Shown: positions 1 to 8,816 of the stretch, in pieces
Layout of the letters: each line of letters opens with the position of its first letter
How positions within the stretch are numbered: position 1 is the first letter of the stretch
Sequence record: MW460245.1
Length of the DNA stretch: 64,000 nucleotides
Reading direction: 5' to 3' (one strand)
Translations under genes and position numbers: made by a program
The notes under the pieces: model-generated
Told to the model about the DNA's origin: nothing
Database searches by the model: none
Seen by the model: only the letters and a program-made list of their open reading frames with translations

Positions 1-1
1 C

Positions 2-70
2 ATGGATAACATGCAAGCAGAGTACGAGAAGAAGGTAGCAGCGGCTGAGGCTGCGAAGGGGAAATATTGA
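2..70 (+). CDS. 3' end of an upstream hypothetical gene (partial)
   Basis: Open frame MDNMQAEYEKKVAAAEAAKGKY* whose TGA overlaps the next ATG. Confidence 0.55.
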   Translation: MDNMQAEYEKKVAAAEAAKGKY

Positions 71-294
71 TGACTGATAAATGGGCAGAGGCGCGCCGCA
101 ACGCCATCGAAAGCGCGAAACACGTAGCAGGTAAGACGGTAGTATCTGTAACGAACGACGAGCGTGAACTGACGCTCAAGTTTAGCGACGGTACGATCCT
201 CGAGATCGGCTGCGGCATGTATGCTAACCGCGACAACTGTGGTGACCATGCAGAGCTGGAATACGACCTGACGCTGCCGAAGGAGGGCGCATGA
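70..294 (+). CDS. hypothetical phage protein
   Basis: ORF coupled by TGATG overlap; stop overlaps next start (ATGA). Confidence 0.75.
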   Translation: MTDKWAEARRNAIESAKHVAGKTVVSVTNDERELTLKFSDGTILEIGCGMYANRDNCGDHAELEYDLTLPKEGA

Positions 295-689
295 GCACGT
301 CACGTATCTCGTTCATCAACAAAATGCTCATTAGCCTGTGCTCGCACCATCGTATTCAGGTTGTCCGGGCAACGAATCCAGAGCAGCACGCAACGGTGTT
401 TGATCTCAAGAGCAAAAGCATCACGCTCGGGTTTCAAGCTGATCCGCAGGTCGGCATCTTGCGATTCGCCTACATGGTCGGTCTGTTCGTCTTCGAAGAA
501 GATCACAGTACGCGCATCGAGCAGGAATGCTACGCGTGGGAATGGGCGATTGACTTCATCCGAACCTGCGATCCGAAATTGAAGTTCAGCAGGTTGAGCA
601 TTGCCTGGGCTGTTCGCCACCTGAAACAGTCGGCAGGTGAGCAGGTACCGCAGGAGTACATCGACTATTTTGACCTGCTGAGGGAATGA
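291..689 (+). CDS. hypothetical phage protein
   Basis: GGAGG RBS, ATGA overlaps at both ends. Confidence 0.75.
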   Translation: MSTSRISFINKMLISLCSHHRIQVVRATNPEQHATVFDLKSKSITLGFQADPQVGILRFAYMVGLFVFEEDHSTRIEQECYAWEWAIDFIRTCDPKLKFSRLSIAWAVRHLKQSAGEQVPQEYIDYFDLLRE

Positions 690-898
690 TGCTGATAGAG
701 ATGGGAGTGGTAATCACGCTCTGCATTTGGGCGTTCAGTGGAGTATGGTGGCCGTTCGCTGTCTTCATGGTCGGCCTTTTGATTAGCATCCTCTTCGAGG
801 TATACCTCGAAGAACGCAAAGGACTTCAATATGAAAACCTCAGAGCAGCCGCTGCCGCCAATCGTAATGAACGAGGAGATTCGCGAGATCGCGAATAG
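686..898 (+). CDS. small membrane protein
   Basis: Two hydrophobic stretches in the N-terminal half; coupled start. Confidence 0.65.
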   Translation: MMLIEMGVVITLCIWAFSGVWWPFAVFMVGLLISILFEVYLEERKGLQYENLRAAAAANRNERGDSRDRE

Positions 899-1493
899 GA
901 ACGGCTTCCTGCGAACGCACGCCTGCTGCCAAGGCGTGGACAACAAGTTCTGCCAAGGCGATCACTGGCAAGGCAACCTGCAGGGCGTAGTGCGCGGCAT
1001 CGAACGCAGCATCCTCAGTGCCATCGTCAAGACGCAAGCTGGTGCGCGTGCGCTGGCCATTGCTGTCATCATGCAACGCGAAGACATGGCGCAAGCTGAG
1101 TCGGAGCGCAAGATGAACACGCAGCGTCTCACTGGTACGCAGGTCCTTCGTGACCATGAGATCGCCCTGCTGGTGAACCAGATCAGGGACGAGGCAGTAA
1201 AGTACAAGGACACGCAGCAACTCCGCGCACGCATCGCGCACCTCGTTGTGCCTGCTGTCCGCCGCAATGACGTGTCGCATGACGACCAGAACCATATCAT
1301 GCTGGATGTCATTCGCGATATGCCTGATGCGATCCCGGAAGAATGGATCATGGAGGCTATGCGGCGTGTGTTGAAGCACAACACGAATCACGATCCTGCA
1401 ATTAAGGCAGCCCTAGCCGAGGCGAAGAAGGCTGACCCGAAGAAACCGCGCGGTGTTCATCACGGCGCTCGTACACCCAAGACCAAGGAATAA
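831..1493 (+). CDS. hypothetical phage protein
   Basis: AAGGA RBS; contains LRDHEIALLVNQIRD...TQQLRARIA segment of a type common in phage accessory proteins; start could be 867. Confidence 0.7.
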   Translation: MKTSEQPLPPIVMNEEIREIANRNGFLRTHACCQGVDNKFCQGDHWQGNLQGVVRGIERSILSAIVKTQAGARALAIAVIMQREDMAQAESERKMNTQRLTGTQVLRDHEIALLVNQIRDEAVKYKDTQQLRARIAHLVVPAVRRNDVSHDDQNHIMLDVIRDMPDAIPEEWIMEAMRRVLKHNTNHDPAIKAALAEAKKADPKKPRGVHHGARTPKTKE

Positions 1494-1495
1494 TC

Positions 1496-2206
1496 TTGAC
1501 CAAGATCGTTCAAGTCGAGAACCTCGACTTTCAAAACCTCCTCAACACCGAAGACCTGTACGAGGTGCTCGGCCTGACGAAGGACGCAACGGTGAAGCAA
1601 ATCAAGGCAGCGTACCGCAAGCTGTCTATGAAGTTTCACCCGGACCGCAACGGCAGCTCTGAGGAGTCCATCAAGGCGTTCCAGAAGATCCAGCATGCCT
1701 ACGCGATCCTGTCGAAGCGGGAGAAGCGTGACTTCTATGACCTCGTCGGTGGTGAGTATCCGACTGAGGATCAGCTCAAGCAGAAGGCGCAGTCGCTGTG
1801 GGCGAAGGTGCTGACCGAAGTTATGGATCAGGCGGCGCAGCGCGATCAACTGGTGATCGCCATGTACAATCCAGTCTCCGATGCGCGCGGTATGCTCCAG
1901 CAGAACAAGCGGCAGATGGAGAACCAGCGCAAGAAGATGGCGCACATGGTCGAACGCTATCAATCGATGATGAAGCGGATGAAGCACGCGAAGGGTGAGT
2001 TCAAGGACACCCTCAGCGGTCAGGTGATCCAAGAAACCATCGACGAGCACCGCAAGCGCTACCTGCTCCTCGGTCTGGACATCGAGCTGCATGAGCTGGC
2101 CGCGAAGCTGATTGACGACTACACCTGCGAAGTCGAGATGCCGAAGGACGTTGATGCAGCGTTCAACGTTGTCTTTGGCGGCGGCAACGGTTTCCGTTTC
2201 GGCTGA
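1496..2206 (+). CDS. J-domain (DnaJ class C) co-chaperone
   Basis: DLYEVLGL..A....IKAAYRKLSMKFHPDRN: canonical J-domain with HPD motif, then a coiled-coil region; no Zn finger; TTG start. Confidence 0.9.
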   Translation: MTKIVQVENLDFQNLLNTEDLYEVLGLTKDATVKQIKAAYRKLSMKFHPDRNGSSEESIKAFQKIQHAYAILSKREKRDFYDLVGGEYPTEDQLKQKAQSLWAKVLTEVMDQAAQRDQLVIAMYNPVSDARGMLQQNKRQMENQRKKMAHMVERYQSMMKRMKHAKGEFKDTLSGQVIQETIDEHRKRYLLLGLDIELHELAAKLIDDYTCEVEMPKDVDAAFNVVFGGGNGFRFG

Positions 2207-2207
2207 T

Positions 2208-2663
2208 ATGTACAACAGGCCGTTTGATCCGAAAAAGGTCAAGCACGGTATTCTCCGAGGTGAGGCGGAGGTGCTTGCTACCTTCATCTTCGATACCACG
2301 TGGCTTCGTCGCCGTGACCGACGCGGTTACAGGCCCTCTGAGATAGTCAGCATCGGTGGTCGCGCCCTCATGCGTGCTGCAGGTCACAACATGAACTACG
2401 GCATGGCCTCGTTGCGCATCGGCGGCATGTGCAGCCGTTTGGTACGGCATGGTTACATGGTAGTAGTGAAGCATCTCGACATCGACCATCCGAAACATGG
2501 TGCATACAAGTGTCCTGTGTACGCACCTACGGAGGCAGGCATCATGCTTGCGCTGTCCCAGTTCGATGTCACGGACTTGCCCGCACCCAAGCAGAACGGG
2601 AAGCGAACCGTGTTCCAATCGCACTTGTTCCGGCAGTACATCCTAGGCCCGGACGATGATTAA
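2208..2663 (+). CDS. putative winged helix-turn-helix DNA-binding protein
   Basis: Pattern RPSEI..helix..IGGMCSRLVRHGYM..wing..YAPTEAG resembles MarR/PadR-type wHTH; by eye only. Confidence 0.45.
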   Translation: MYNRPFDPKKVKHGILRGEAEVLATFIFDTTWLRRRDRRGYRPSEIVSIGGRALMRAAGHNMNYGMASLRIGGMCSRLVRHGYMVVVKHLDIDHPKHGAYKCPVYAPTEAGIMLALSQFDVTDLPAPKQNGKRTVFQSHLFRQYILGPDDD

Positions 2664-2676
2664 CTGAGCAGTACAC

Positions 2677-2708
2677 AAGGGCTGGCCGCTTTCGCAGGGT
2701 CAGCCCTT
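2677..2708 (+). terminator. hairpin, probable terminator
   Basis: AAGGGCTGGCC-loop-GGTCAGCCCTT right after a stop and before a promoter module. Confidence 0.6.
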
Positions 2709-2720
2709 CGTCGTTTTCGC

Positions 2721-2815
2721 GTGTTGCAGAAAAACAACACGTAGGCACAGGCGCGAAAATTCGTGCTATAATGACTGCAAGCGCAGCACTTCTTGGTGTT
2801 GCGTACATACAACAC
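2721..2815 (+). promoter_or_regulatory. early promoter module: extended -10 with two TGTTG-N8-CAACA palindromes
   Basis: GTGTTG-CAGAAAAA-CAACAC 2721-2740; TGCTATAAT (TATAAT 2767-2772); GTGTTG-CGTACATA-CAACAC 2796-2815. Confidence 0.8.
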
Positions 2816-2820
2816 ACGTT

Positions 2821-2848
2821 TTCACTGTCGAAGAAAGGACACATCATG
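2821..2848 (+). repeat. conserved leader/RBS repeat
   Basis: TTCACTGTCGAAGAAAGGACACATCATG; near-identical copies at 3126, 18515, 18949, 22210. Confidence 0.85.
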
Positions 2849-3121
2849 ACGAACGCACAAGCAAAGCAGCAGATCCTGAACAACTTCCGTTCGCGCTTCC
2901 CTGCACCTGACTGGCGTAACGCGCTGTACAACGATGACCAGTGGGGCATCGGCGAAGTCACGAAGCGTTTCGAGCTGCGTCATCAAGGCATCGTTCTCGA
3001 AGTCGGCGCGATTGTCTGCGTCCAACGTCGTGTCGATTCAGACAAGTTCGTGACGATTCTCCGTCAGGACTTCATGTGCAGCTCGTCGGTCGAAGTGAAG
3101 TTCCTCAAGCCGGTCGCTTAA
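2846..3121 (+). CDS. hypothetical early protein
   Basis: Starts at the ATG of the conserved leader downstream of the promoter. Confidence 0.8.
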   Translation: MTNAQAKQQILNNFRSRFPAPDWRNALYNDDQWGIGEVTKRFELRHQGIVLEVGAIVCVQRRVDSDKFVTILRQDFMCSSSVEVKFLKPVA

Positions 3122-3125
3122 CCCG

Positions 3126-3153
3126 TTCAACGTCGAAGAAAGGACACATCATG
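3126..3153 (+). repeat. conserved leader/RBS repeat
   Basis: TTCAACGTCGAAGAAAGGACACATCATG. Confidence 0.85.
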
Positions 3154-3477
3154 GCAAATCGCAAACTTTCCGCATACGAAATTCAGCTGGTCGAGAAGCA
3201 CGCAGCAGTCATCGGCGCACCGATGTATGGCCGTCGTGGTTCGCAGGTCTACACCGCAGCGCAAATCGATGCCGCGTTCAACGCTGAACGCGCCGAAGTG
3301 AAGCGCAAGCAACAGCAGGCGATGGCTGACGACAGCGCGTATTTCACCAGCGAAGAATTCCGCAACGAAGTCATCGAGGAGCTTATCGCGAAAGGGGCAA
3401 CATGCGAACAAGCAACGAACCGCACGCGCGATCAGGCACGTCTGTTCGCAGAAGCACGCACCCTCAACCTGATGTAA
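3151..3477 (+). CDS. hypothetical early protein
   Basis: Starts at the ATG of the conserved leader. Confidence 0.8.
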   Translation: MANRKLSAYEIQLVEKHAAVIGAPMYGRRGSQVYTAAQIDAAFNAERAEVKRKQQQAMADDSAYFTSEEFRNEVIEELIAKGATCEQATNRTRDQARLFAEARTLNLM

Positions 3478-3487
3478 GGAGAACACC

Positions 3488-3793
3488 ATGCAAACCTCTT
3501 TCGAAAAGGGTGTCGCCAAGAAGACGCGCGTTCTCGCACAATCGTTCATCAACAACCATCCAGAACTGACTTCGGTCGATGCTGAACTGGCATACTGCAA
3601 GGGCATCGATCACCTCACGCTGGTGCGCAAGGTCAAAGGTAAGCTGTACCGCGCAGGTATCAGCATCGACTACCTGACGAATTGCATTCGCATGACGGTG
3701 ATGAATCGGCACGGTAAGACCGTTCACCTCAGCATCCCGAACGGCACGTCGTTGGTCGCACACCTGAAGTTCTATAACGTTCTCGCTGCGTGA
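3488..3793 (+). CDS. hypothetical phage protein
   Basis: AAGGAG RBS; clean ORF. Confidence 0.8.
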   Translation: MQTSFEKGVAKKTRVLAQSFINNHPELTSVDAELAYCKGIDHLTLVRKVKGKLYRAGISIDYLTNCIRMTVMNRHGKTVHLSIPNGTSLVAHLKFYNVLAA

Positions 3794-3800
3794 GGCACGT

Positions 3801-3959
3801 ATGGAATACCTGAACCGAGTTTTCGAGATCGAGACGGTCGATGCGCTCGGTGGCTCCCATCTTCATGAATTGGTCGCGTGCTCTAAGGATGAAGTGCGCG
3901 AAGCCTGCAAGGACCTGGAAATCGTCGCGATCCGCGACATCACGAACACGCTTAACTGA
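3801..3959 (+). CDS. small hypothetical protein (52 aa, not in ORF track)
   Basis: GAGG RBS; MEYLNRVFEIETVDALGG...TNTLN* fills the gap exactly. Confidence 0.7.
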   Translation: MEYLNRVFEIETVDALGGSHLHELVACSKDEVREACKDLEIVAIRDITNTLN

Positions 3960-3968
3960 GGAGCAACC

Positions 3969-4337
3969 ATGAACAAGCAATTCAAGCAAGGCGACAACAT
4001 CGTCGAGAAGGACGCCCCGCATCGCAAGGGTTTCGTGATGGCAGATCAATCGATGCTCGCGAATGGCGCGGTGCGCGTCTGTTTCGAGGGCGATGAAGAG
4101 GCAACCGCGCTGTTTGCCTCCGCCATCAAATGGCGCTCGTGCTTCACCATCATTGGGTCGAAGACGAGCCCGCATGATGAAGACTACAGCCCAGCTGTGG
4201 TCGACAGCGCCGAAACCATCGAGGCGGCGATGGCGCTGTACAAGACGGTGATGGACTATCCGTTCTCCTGGATCGAATACCATGATGTCCATGGTGATAC
4301 GTGGGACTTCGATCCGCGCAAGGTCGAACGCAAGTAA
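3969..4337 (+). CDS. hypothetical protein, N-terminal SH3/KOW-like barrel possible
   Basis: GAGGAG RBS; FKQGDNIV...GFV...VRVCF pattern. Confidence 0.75.
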   Translation: MNKQFKQGDNIVEKDAPHRKGFVMADQSMLANGAVRVCFEGDEEATALFASAIKWRSCFTIIGSKTSPHDEDYSPAVVDSAETIEAAMALYKTVMDYPFSWIEYHDVHGDTWDFDPRKVERK

Positions 4338-4341
4338 CTGC

Positions 4342-4360
4342 GGGGGCTTCGGCCCCTTTC
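4342..4360 (+). terminator. rho-independent terminator
   Basis: GGGGC-TTCG-GCCCC-TTT; 20-bp GGGGCTTCGGCCCCTTTCAC identical at 40890-40909. Confidence 0.75.
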
Positions 4361-4387
4361 ACCGCATCGAAAACATCAGGAGCACCT

Positions 4388-4672
4388 ATGCATCCCCTCC
4401 ACAAGTGGAAGCTGGACAAGTACAAAGCGCAGTTCCCGGGTCTGAACAGCGAACAAGCCCTTCAGCTCGCAATCGAAGCCGAGCAGTTCAAGAATGACTG
4501 CGGTCCGATGGATCCTGCGTTCGAGTATTTTGCGAACCAACAACACGTCTTCACGCAGTATGCCGAACTCCTGGCGGAAGAGGAAGCAGAGGCGCAAAAG
4601 ATCGCGAAGGAAACGCCGACCGAATTCGCAGCCCGGCACTTGGCAGGCATGAACTGGGAAGAAAAGAAATGA
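4388..4672 (+). CDS. hypothetical phage protein
   Basis: AGGAG RBS before ATG 4388. Confidence 0.75.
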   Translation: MHPLHKWKLDKYKAQFPGLNSEQALQLAIEAEQFKNDCGPMDPAFEYFANQQHVFTQYAELLAEEEAEAQKIAKETPTEFAARHLAGMNWEEKK

Positions 4673-5037
4673 ACGTCAGCCTTCAAAACATCCTGAACGG
4701 CGTGCTGCACGCTGTTGCGTCATCGGTTGACTTCCTGCCTCACGAAGGCGAACCATCGGTCTGGGACACTGCGATCCCTTCCTTCAACATCGTCTCTTAT
4801 GAGGAACTGACGCGTGCAGCCAGTAACGACGGCGGCATGAGCGCAGACTTCCTCAAGATCACGCTTGAATGGAAGGCGACGCTCATGTATCCGGGCGATA
4901 CTTCGCGCATAGTGCGTGCGACGTACCTGTTCGAGGACGATCAATTCGAGGAGCGTTTCGGCGTTCACGGCCTCATCATGAATTTCCACGATCACGTCGT
5001 GCGCGAGCTGAACCTTTCCATCAAGCTGAAGGAGTAG
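4669..5037 (+). CDS. hypothetical phage protein
   Basis: ATGA-coupled ORF. Confidence 0.75.
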   Translation: MNVSLQNILNGVLHAVASSVDFLPHEGEPSVWDTAIPSFNIVSYEELTRAASNDGGMSADFLKITLEWKATLMYPGDTSRIVRATYLFEDDQFEERFGVHGLIMNFHDHVVRELNLSIKLKE

Positions 5038-5039
5038 CC

Positions 5040-5354
5040 ATGATCGTATGGGAGAATCAAAAGCCGCGCCCTGAAACGGCAACGTTAGCGCGGTTCTTCG
5101 AGGACGCACATCCTGAGATATCGGTGATCACCGTCGATCATTACTACAATGACCGGTGGTTCCGAGTACGCGACTGGGAGTGCATTCTCTTGAAGTCGAT
5201 CTCAAATCAAGTGACAGCGCGCATTCTTCTCGACTTCGAGAACGAGGAGGTCTTCGTGTCGTTCGTTGCTGCACATCCCGCAACGCGTAATACTCGTGTT
5301 GCCTGTATGGACGATTTGCTTTCGCACCTTCGGTGCGCACGGGTGATAGGATGA
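5040..5354 (+). CDS. hypothetical phage protein
   Basis: AAGGAG RBS before ATG 5040. Confidence 0.7.
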   Translation: MIVWENQKPRPETATLARFFEDAHPEISVITVDHYYNDRWFRVRDWECILLKSISNQVTARILLDFENEEVFVSFVAAHPATRNTRVACMDDLLSHLRCARVIG

Positions 5355-5548
5355 AAAAGTTTATTCTGTACTGGCTAGACGGCAAGCTGGAGCATATCGA
5401 AGGCAATACCATTGCCCAGGCTATGGGTGCAGCAGGCTACGGCGCAGGCGCTATCGCTGCGCTGGACTTCTACGATGAAAGCACTGAGGTCAAATGGCGC
5501 TGGAACGCAGAGCTGAAAACCTGGGTGAACATCAAGGAGTTTGTATGA
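5351..5548 (+). CDS. conserved-type small phage protein
   Basis: ATGA-coupled; GNTIAQAMGAAGYGAGAIAALDFY motif. Confidence 0.75.
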   Translation: MKKFILYWLDGKLEHIEGNTIAQAMGAAGYGAGAIAALDFYDESTEVKWRWNAELKTWVNIKEFV

Positions 5549-5718
5549 AGCGCGGCATCTATGCAGGCGTTGTCGTGGTAATCCTCATGCTCCTGTTCTC
5601 CTATCTTGCGATGGTAGTGAAACGTGAGCTGGGTGACAGCTACGAGCAACTGGTCCTGATTCTCGGTGCTATCATCGCGGCCGTTATTGGGATCGCCATC
5701 AATCAAGCGGGGAACTGA
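5545..5718 (+). CDS. small two-TM membrane protein
   Basis: GGAG RBS, two hydrophobic helices. Confidence 0.7.
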   Translation: MKRGIYAGVVVVILMLLFSYLAMVVKRELGDSYEQLVLILGAIIAAVIGIAINQAGN

Positions 5719-5719
5719 C

Positions 5720-6424
5720 ATGAAGTGGCTCACGAAGTGGTTGAAGTGGTTCGACAAGAACGCGTGGCTTGACGACGTAAACGAGGAGCTCAAAGCCAAG
5801 AACACGAAGAAGACCGAAGCACGGGACCTTCTCGAGGTAGCACTTGGTCTTGCCCACGAGATCACAAACCACGCCTGCAAGAATGAGATGCAGGCGGAAT
5901 GCGTCTACTACTGCTGGTTTGAGGAGAAGCATTGGCCTGCTGTCAACATGGCAGTCAACTTCCTCAAGGAGAACAAGTTCAAGCATACCCTCGAGGTGAC
6001 TTACGAGGAGAGGATGCAGGAACGATCAGAGCATATGATACCTCTGCCGGGTGACAAAGAAACGACGCGTGTTAAGGTGCGTCACTACACGATCACGATC
6101 CTCCGCAACGTCAAACCGATTCGCATCGAAGACGCGCAGCGGGAATCGGCCGCAGCACGCAGCACGATGGAACCTGTGTTGATCGAACGACAGCAAGCCG
6201 TTCTCGGTCGTGTGTTCAGCGCTATCTGGGACGCTGTGAATCTTGGCCACTACACGACGACACTCTCGCTTCCGCTGATCGCCGTTGATCGGAACGGCAA
6301 CAACATTCCGATTATTTTGGAAGGCGTCATCAACGAACTCAGCACTAAGCATGGTTTCGTTAATGCGATCGGCAAGGTCGAAGGCAACTACGTCATTTTC
6401 TACATCAACTGGGAACCGAAATGA
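5720..6424 (+). CDS. hypothetical protein; C-terminal domain paralogous to ORFs 8219, 41965, 42255
   Basis: Ends ...VINELSTKHGF...FYINWEPK, same pattern as the paralogs. Confidence 0.75.
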   Translation: MKWLTKWLKWFDKNAWLDDVNEELKAKNTKKTEARDLLEVALGLAHEITNHACKNEMQAECVYYCWFEEKHWPAVNMAVNFLKENKFKHTLEVTYEERMQERSEHMIPLPGDKETTRVKVRHYTITILRNVKPIRIEDAQRESAAARSTMEPVLIERQQAVLGRVFSAIWDAVNLGHYTTTLSLPLIAVDRNGNNIPIILEGVINELSTKHGFVNAIGKVEGNYVIFYINWEPK

Positions 6425-6786
6425 GATTGCAATATGTCCTCGTTCACACCATTGAGTTCCTGAAGAATGACTTCCAGACGATTGGTTACCAAAACCGTAT
6501 CGACAACTGGATGACTCAGTGGACTATTATCAACAACTTCCATCCGGTCGTCATCGACCGCGACACGCAGAAACTGGACGACATCCTCACGCGCTGGTGT
6601 GAGAAGCATATCAGCGTGGTGAAGCGTGAATTTCGAGATTCGATCCACGCCGCGTACCGAGACCATTACGACTTCGCGGCTGATTTCGAGATGACGTATT
6701 CAGTGCAAGACATCGTCCTCGGAACCGAGTTCTACGCTAAAGGTGGACTGATCGTCAACCGTATCAACATGGGGCAACAAGTATGA
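6421..6786 (+). CDS. hypothetical phage protein
   Basis: ATGA-coupled ORF. Confidence 0.7.
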   Translation: MRLQYVLVHTIEFLKNDFQTIGYQNRIDNWMTQWTIINNFHPVVIDRDTQKLDDILTRWCEKHISVVKREFRDSIHAAYRDHYDFAADFEMTYSVQDIVLGTEFYAKGGLIVNRINMGQQV

Positions 6787-7328
6787 AAGTCATCGCTAAA
6801 CGTCTGAACCTGCCTGGTCGTCAGTACGAGTACATGAGGATTGATAGCGGTTCCGGCTATCCGGAATGGACACCGCACCTCCAGACTGCTGCATTCTTCG
6901 TAACCGCACACGACGAGGATCACCTGACGCGTTGGATGAGCGACCTGCGGCGCGGTCGATTCAAGGACATGCTTCCCGGCATAGGTGAGGAGCTTACAGT
7001 GCTGTCCTACGGCATCGTTGACGAAGAGACGATCCCTGCTGCTGAACGCTTCGTCCGTAAACGGCATGACGCCCACAAGCGCTGGTGCGTCGAACTGCGA
7101 GGACTCACCGAACAGCAGCACCGCGTTGTTACGCAGGTCATGACGAACACCTACATGGCCTCTGAAGACTACATGCTGCGCGATGATGCAGGTGGCTTCC
7201 AGTTGGGCGGCACGCACTACCAACCTGACGGCTGGGTGCTGATCGAATTCTATTCCGACGATGATGTTCGGATCGATAACTTCGTCGTACATCTCAACAA
7301 CCGCGTGTTCAACGACAAATCGGCGTAG
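6783..7328 (+). CDS. hypothetical phage protein
   Basis: ATGA-coupled ORF ending before a promoter module. Confidence 0.75.
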   Translation: MKVIAKRLNLPGRQYEYMRIDSGSGYPEWTPHLQTAAFFVTAHDEDHLTRWMSDLRRGRFKDMLPGIGEELTVLSYGIVDEETIPAAERFVRKRHDAHKRWCVELRGLTEQQHRVVTQVMTNTYMASEDYMLRDDAGGFQLGGTHYQPDGWVLIEFYSDDDVRIDNFVVHLNNRVFNDKSA

Positions 7329-7354
7329 CCTAGCTGCCGGAGCGCTGTTTCAGA

Positions 7355-7420
7355 CTGTTGTTTTTCTGCAACAGCGTTCTCACAGACAGGTTGGCGCAGC
7401 GCGCAGTTTCGTGTTACAAT
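7355..7420 (+). promoter_or_regulatory. early promoter module with upstream palindrome
   Basis: CTGTTG-TTTTTCTG-CAACAG 7355-7374; TTGGCG 7391-7396, 18-bp spacer, TG-T-TACAAT 7415-7420; leader TCACGAAGAAAGGTGA 7459-7474 identical to 39831-39846. Confidence 0.8.
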
Positions 7421-7478
7421 AAGCTGTGGGCACAGGCCCGGTTATCTAAACAGTTCATTCACGAAGAAAGGTGATTCT

Positions 7479-7916
7479 ATGAAAGCAGCTAAAGGTTCGG
7501 TTCGCACTTCCGGTCTGTATTTCAACGGCGCGCTGAAGGAGGACGACAACGCCATCGCGTTCGAAGCGTTCCTCGATCCCCAACTGATTCTCCGCCACTT
7601 CAAGCTGAAAGCCGAAACGAAGTCGTTCGACCAGATGCTTGGCGACTACGGTTTCTGCAAGCTGTGGCTGACCAACGAGGGCTTTGTGCAGTTTCGCACG
7701 ACGCCTGCGAAGTTCAGCAAGACGGTCGACGCGCTGCGCCTGTACATGGAACGCGTCGCGACGGTGCGCAAGGCTCACGAAGCGCTGCCGGTTTTCAAGA
7801 CGAAGCTGCTCGGCGAATTGTCGGTCTCGCGTATGATCCAGCTGAACCGCGTAGCCGAAAAGGCAGAATGCAAGCAGGTGTCGCGCTCGACGTACGGCGC
7901 TGACTGGACGATCTAA
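7479..7916 (+). CDS. hypothetical early protein (monocistronic cassette)
   Basis: Own promoter, AAGAAAGGTG leader and terminator. Confidence 0.8.
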   Translation: MKAAKGSVRTSGLYFNGALKEDDNAIAFEAFLDPQLILRHFKLKAETKSFDQMLGDYGFCKLWLTNEGFVQFRTTPAKFSKTVDALRLYMERVATVRKAHEALPVFKTKLLGELSVSRMIQLNRVAEKAECKQVSRSTYGADWTI

Positions 7917-7930
7917 CTCCCTCACACATC

Positions 7931-7950
7931 GCGCCCCTCGTGGGCGCTTT
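7931..7950 (+). terminator. rho-independent terminator
   Basis: GCGCCC-CTCGT-GGGCGC-TTT. Confidence 0.65.
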
Positions 7951-7976
7951 CACCGTTTCACAATCTGGAGAGCCTC

Positions 7977-8219
7977 ATGTTGCTGTCGAACACTTTGATG
8001 GGCGCTGTACTTGTTGCGGTTGGTATGCGGATGATTGCCGAGGACGAAGACTTCGACAACGCCGTTCAAAACGCAAACGTAGCCGATGCGATGGCACTGG
8101 TGCCGAACGTTACGGAAGCTGAGGTCGAGCATGCCCTCAACTCCCTGGCTTACGCGACGGCTGACAATGATTTTGAACACCCGTGGCAGCACGCCGCACA
8201 ACTTCACTCGAAGGAGTAA
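7977..8219 (+). CDS. hypothetical phage protein
   Basis: GGAG RBS. Confidence 0.7.
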   Translation: MLLSNTLMGAVLVAVGMRMIAEDEDFDNAVQNANVADAMALVPNVTEAEVEHALNSLAYATADNDFEHPWQHAAQLHSKE

Positions 8220-8509
8220 TGATGGGATTCATCACTGCAAGCGAAGCGCGGGCTATGGCGCCGACGCAGGAGCAACTCAACGAGGCACTTGTCGAGAAAC
8301 TTCTCGCGAAGTTCGATGAAAAGGTTCGCGCTGCAATCAGCAAGCGGAAGACGGAGGTTCGGTTCGGAGCCGACGTAACGCTGGGTCAGCATGCCCTGTT
8401 GGAGGCGAAACTGAAGGCGGCCGAATACACCGTACGTGTGCGTTCGTGTGAGGACGATGACGACGAGGACAGCGACACTGAAAACCGTCTCTATATTGTG
8501 AGCTGGTAA
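8219..8509 (+). CDS. hypothetical protein, member of the W-terminated paralog family
   Basis: TAATG overlap; ITASEAR...KLKAAEYTV...LYIVSW. Confidence 0.75.
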   Translation: MMGFITASEARAMAPTQEQLNEALVEKLLAKFDEKVRAAISKRKTEVRFGADVTLGQHALLEAKLKAAEYTVRVRSCEDDDDEDSDTENRLYIVSW

Positions 8510-8691
8510 TGAAAGACTACATCTGGGAAGAGCTGCTCGCAGCGGGCGAGGTGCTGGTCTTCGGTGGCCTGAGTGTAGCCACACTTGCGCTGCTCATTAC
8601 CGACAAGCCTATGCATGCAGTTGCTACGGTTCTGGTGGGTGTGCTCTTGCAATTGTGCTGTATCGAGCGCGCTATCAAAAAGAAGGAATGA
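8509..8691 (+). CDS. small membrane protein
   Basis: TAATG overlap; two hydrophobic segments. Confidence 0.7.
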   Translation: MKDYIWEELLAAGEVLVFGGLSVATLALLITDKPMHAVATVLVGVLLQLCCIERAIKKKE

Positions 8692-8694
8692 GCA

Positions 8695-8799
8695 ATGAAC
8701 ACCGCCGTAAACATCGCAGGTTTCCTCGGTTGCTGGGTGCTGATAAGCATCGCCTCCGCAGCCGCTTTCTGTTACGTCATCAAGATCGGGCGCGAGTAA
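8695..8799 (+). CDS. 34-aa single-TM protein (not in ORF track)
   Basis: MNTAVNIAGFLGCWVLISIASAAAFCYVIKIGRE* fills the gap. Confidence 0.55.
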   Translation: MNTAVNIAGFLGCWVLISIASAAAFCYVIKIGRE

Positions 8800-8816
8800 G
8801 CCCAAAAGGAACAAAC

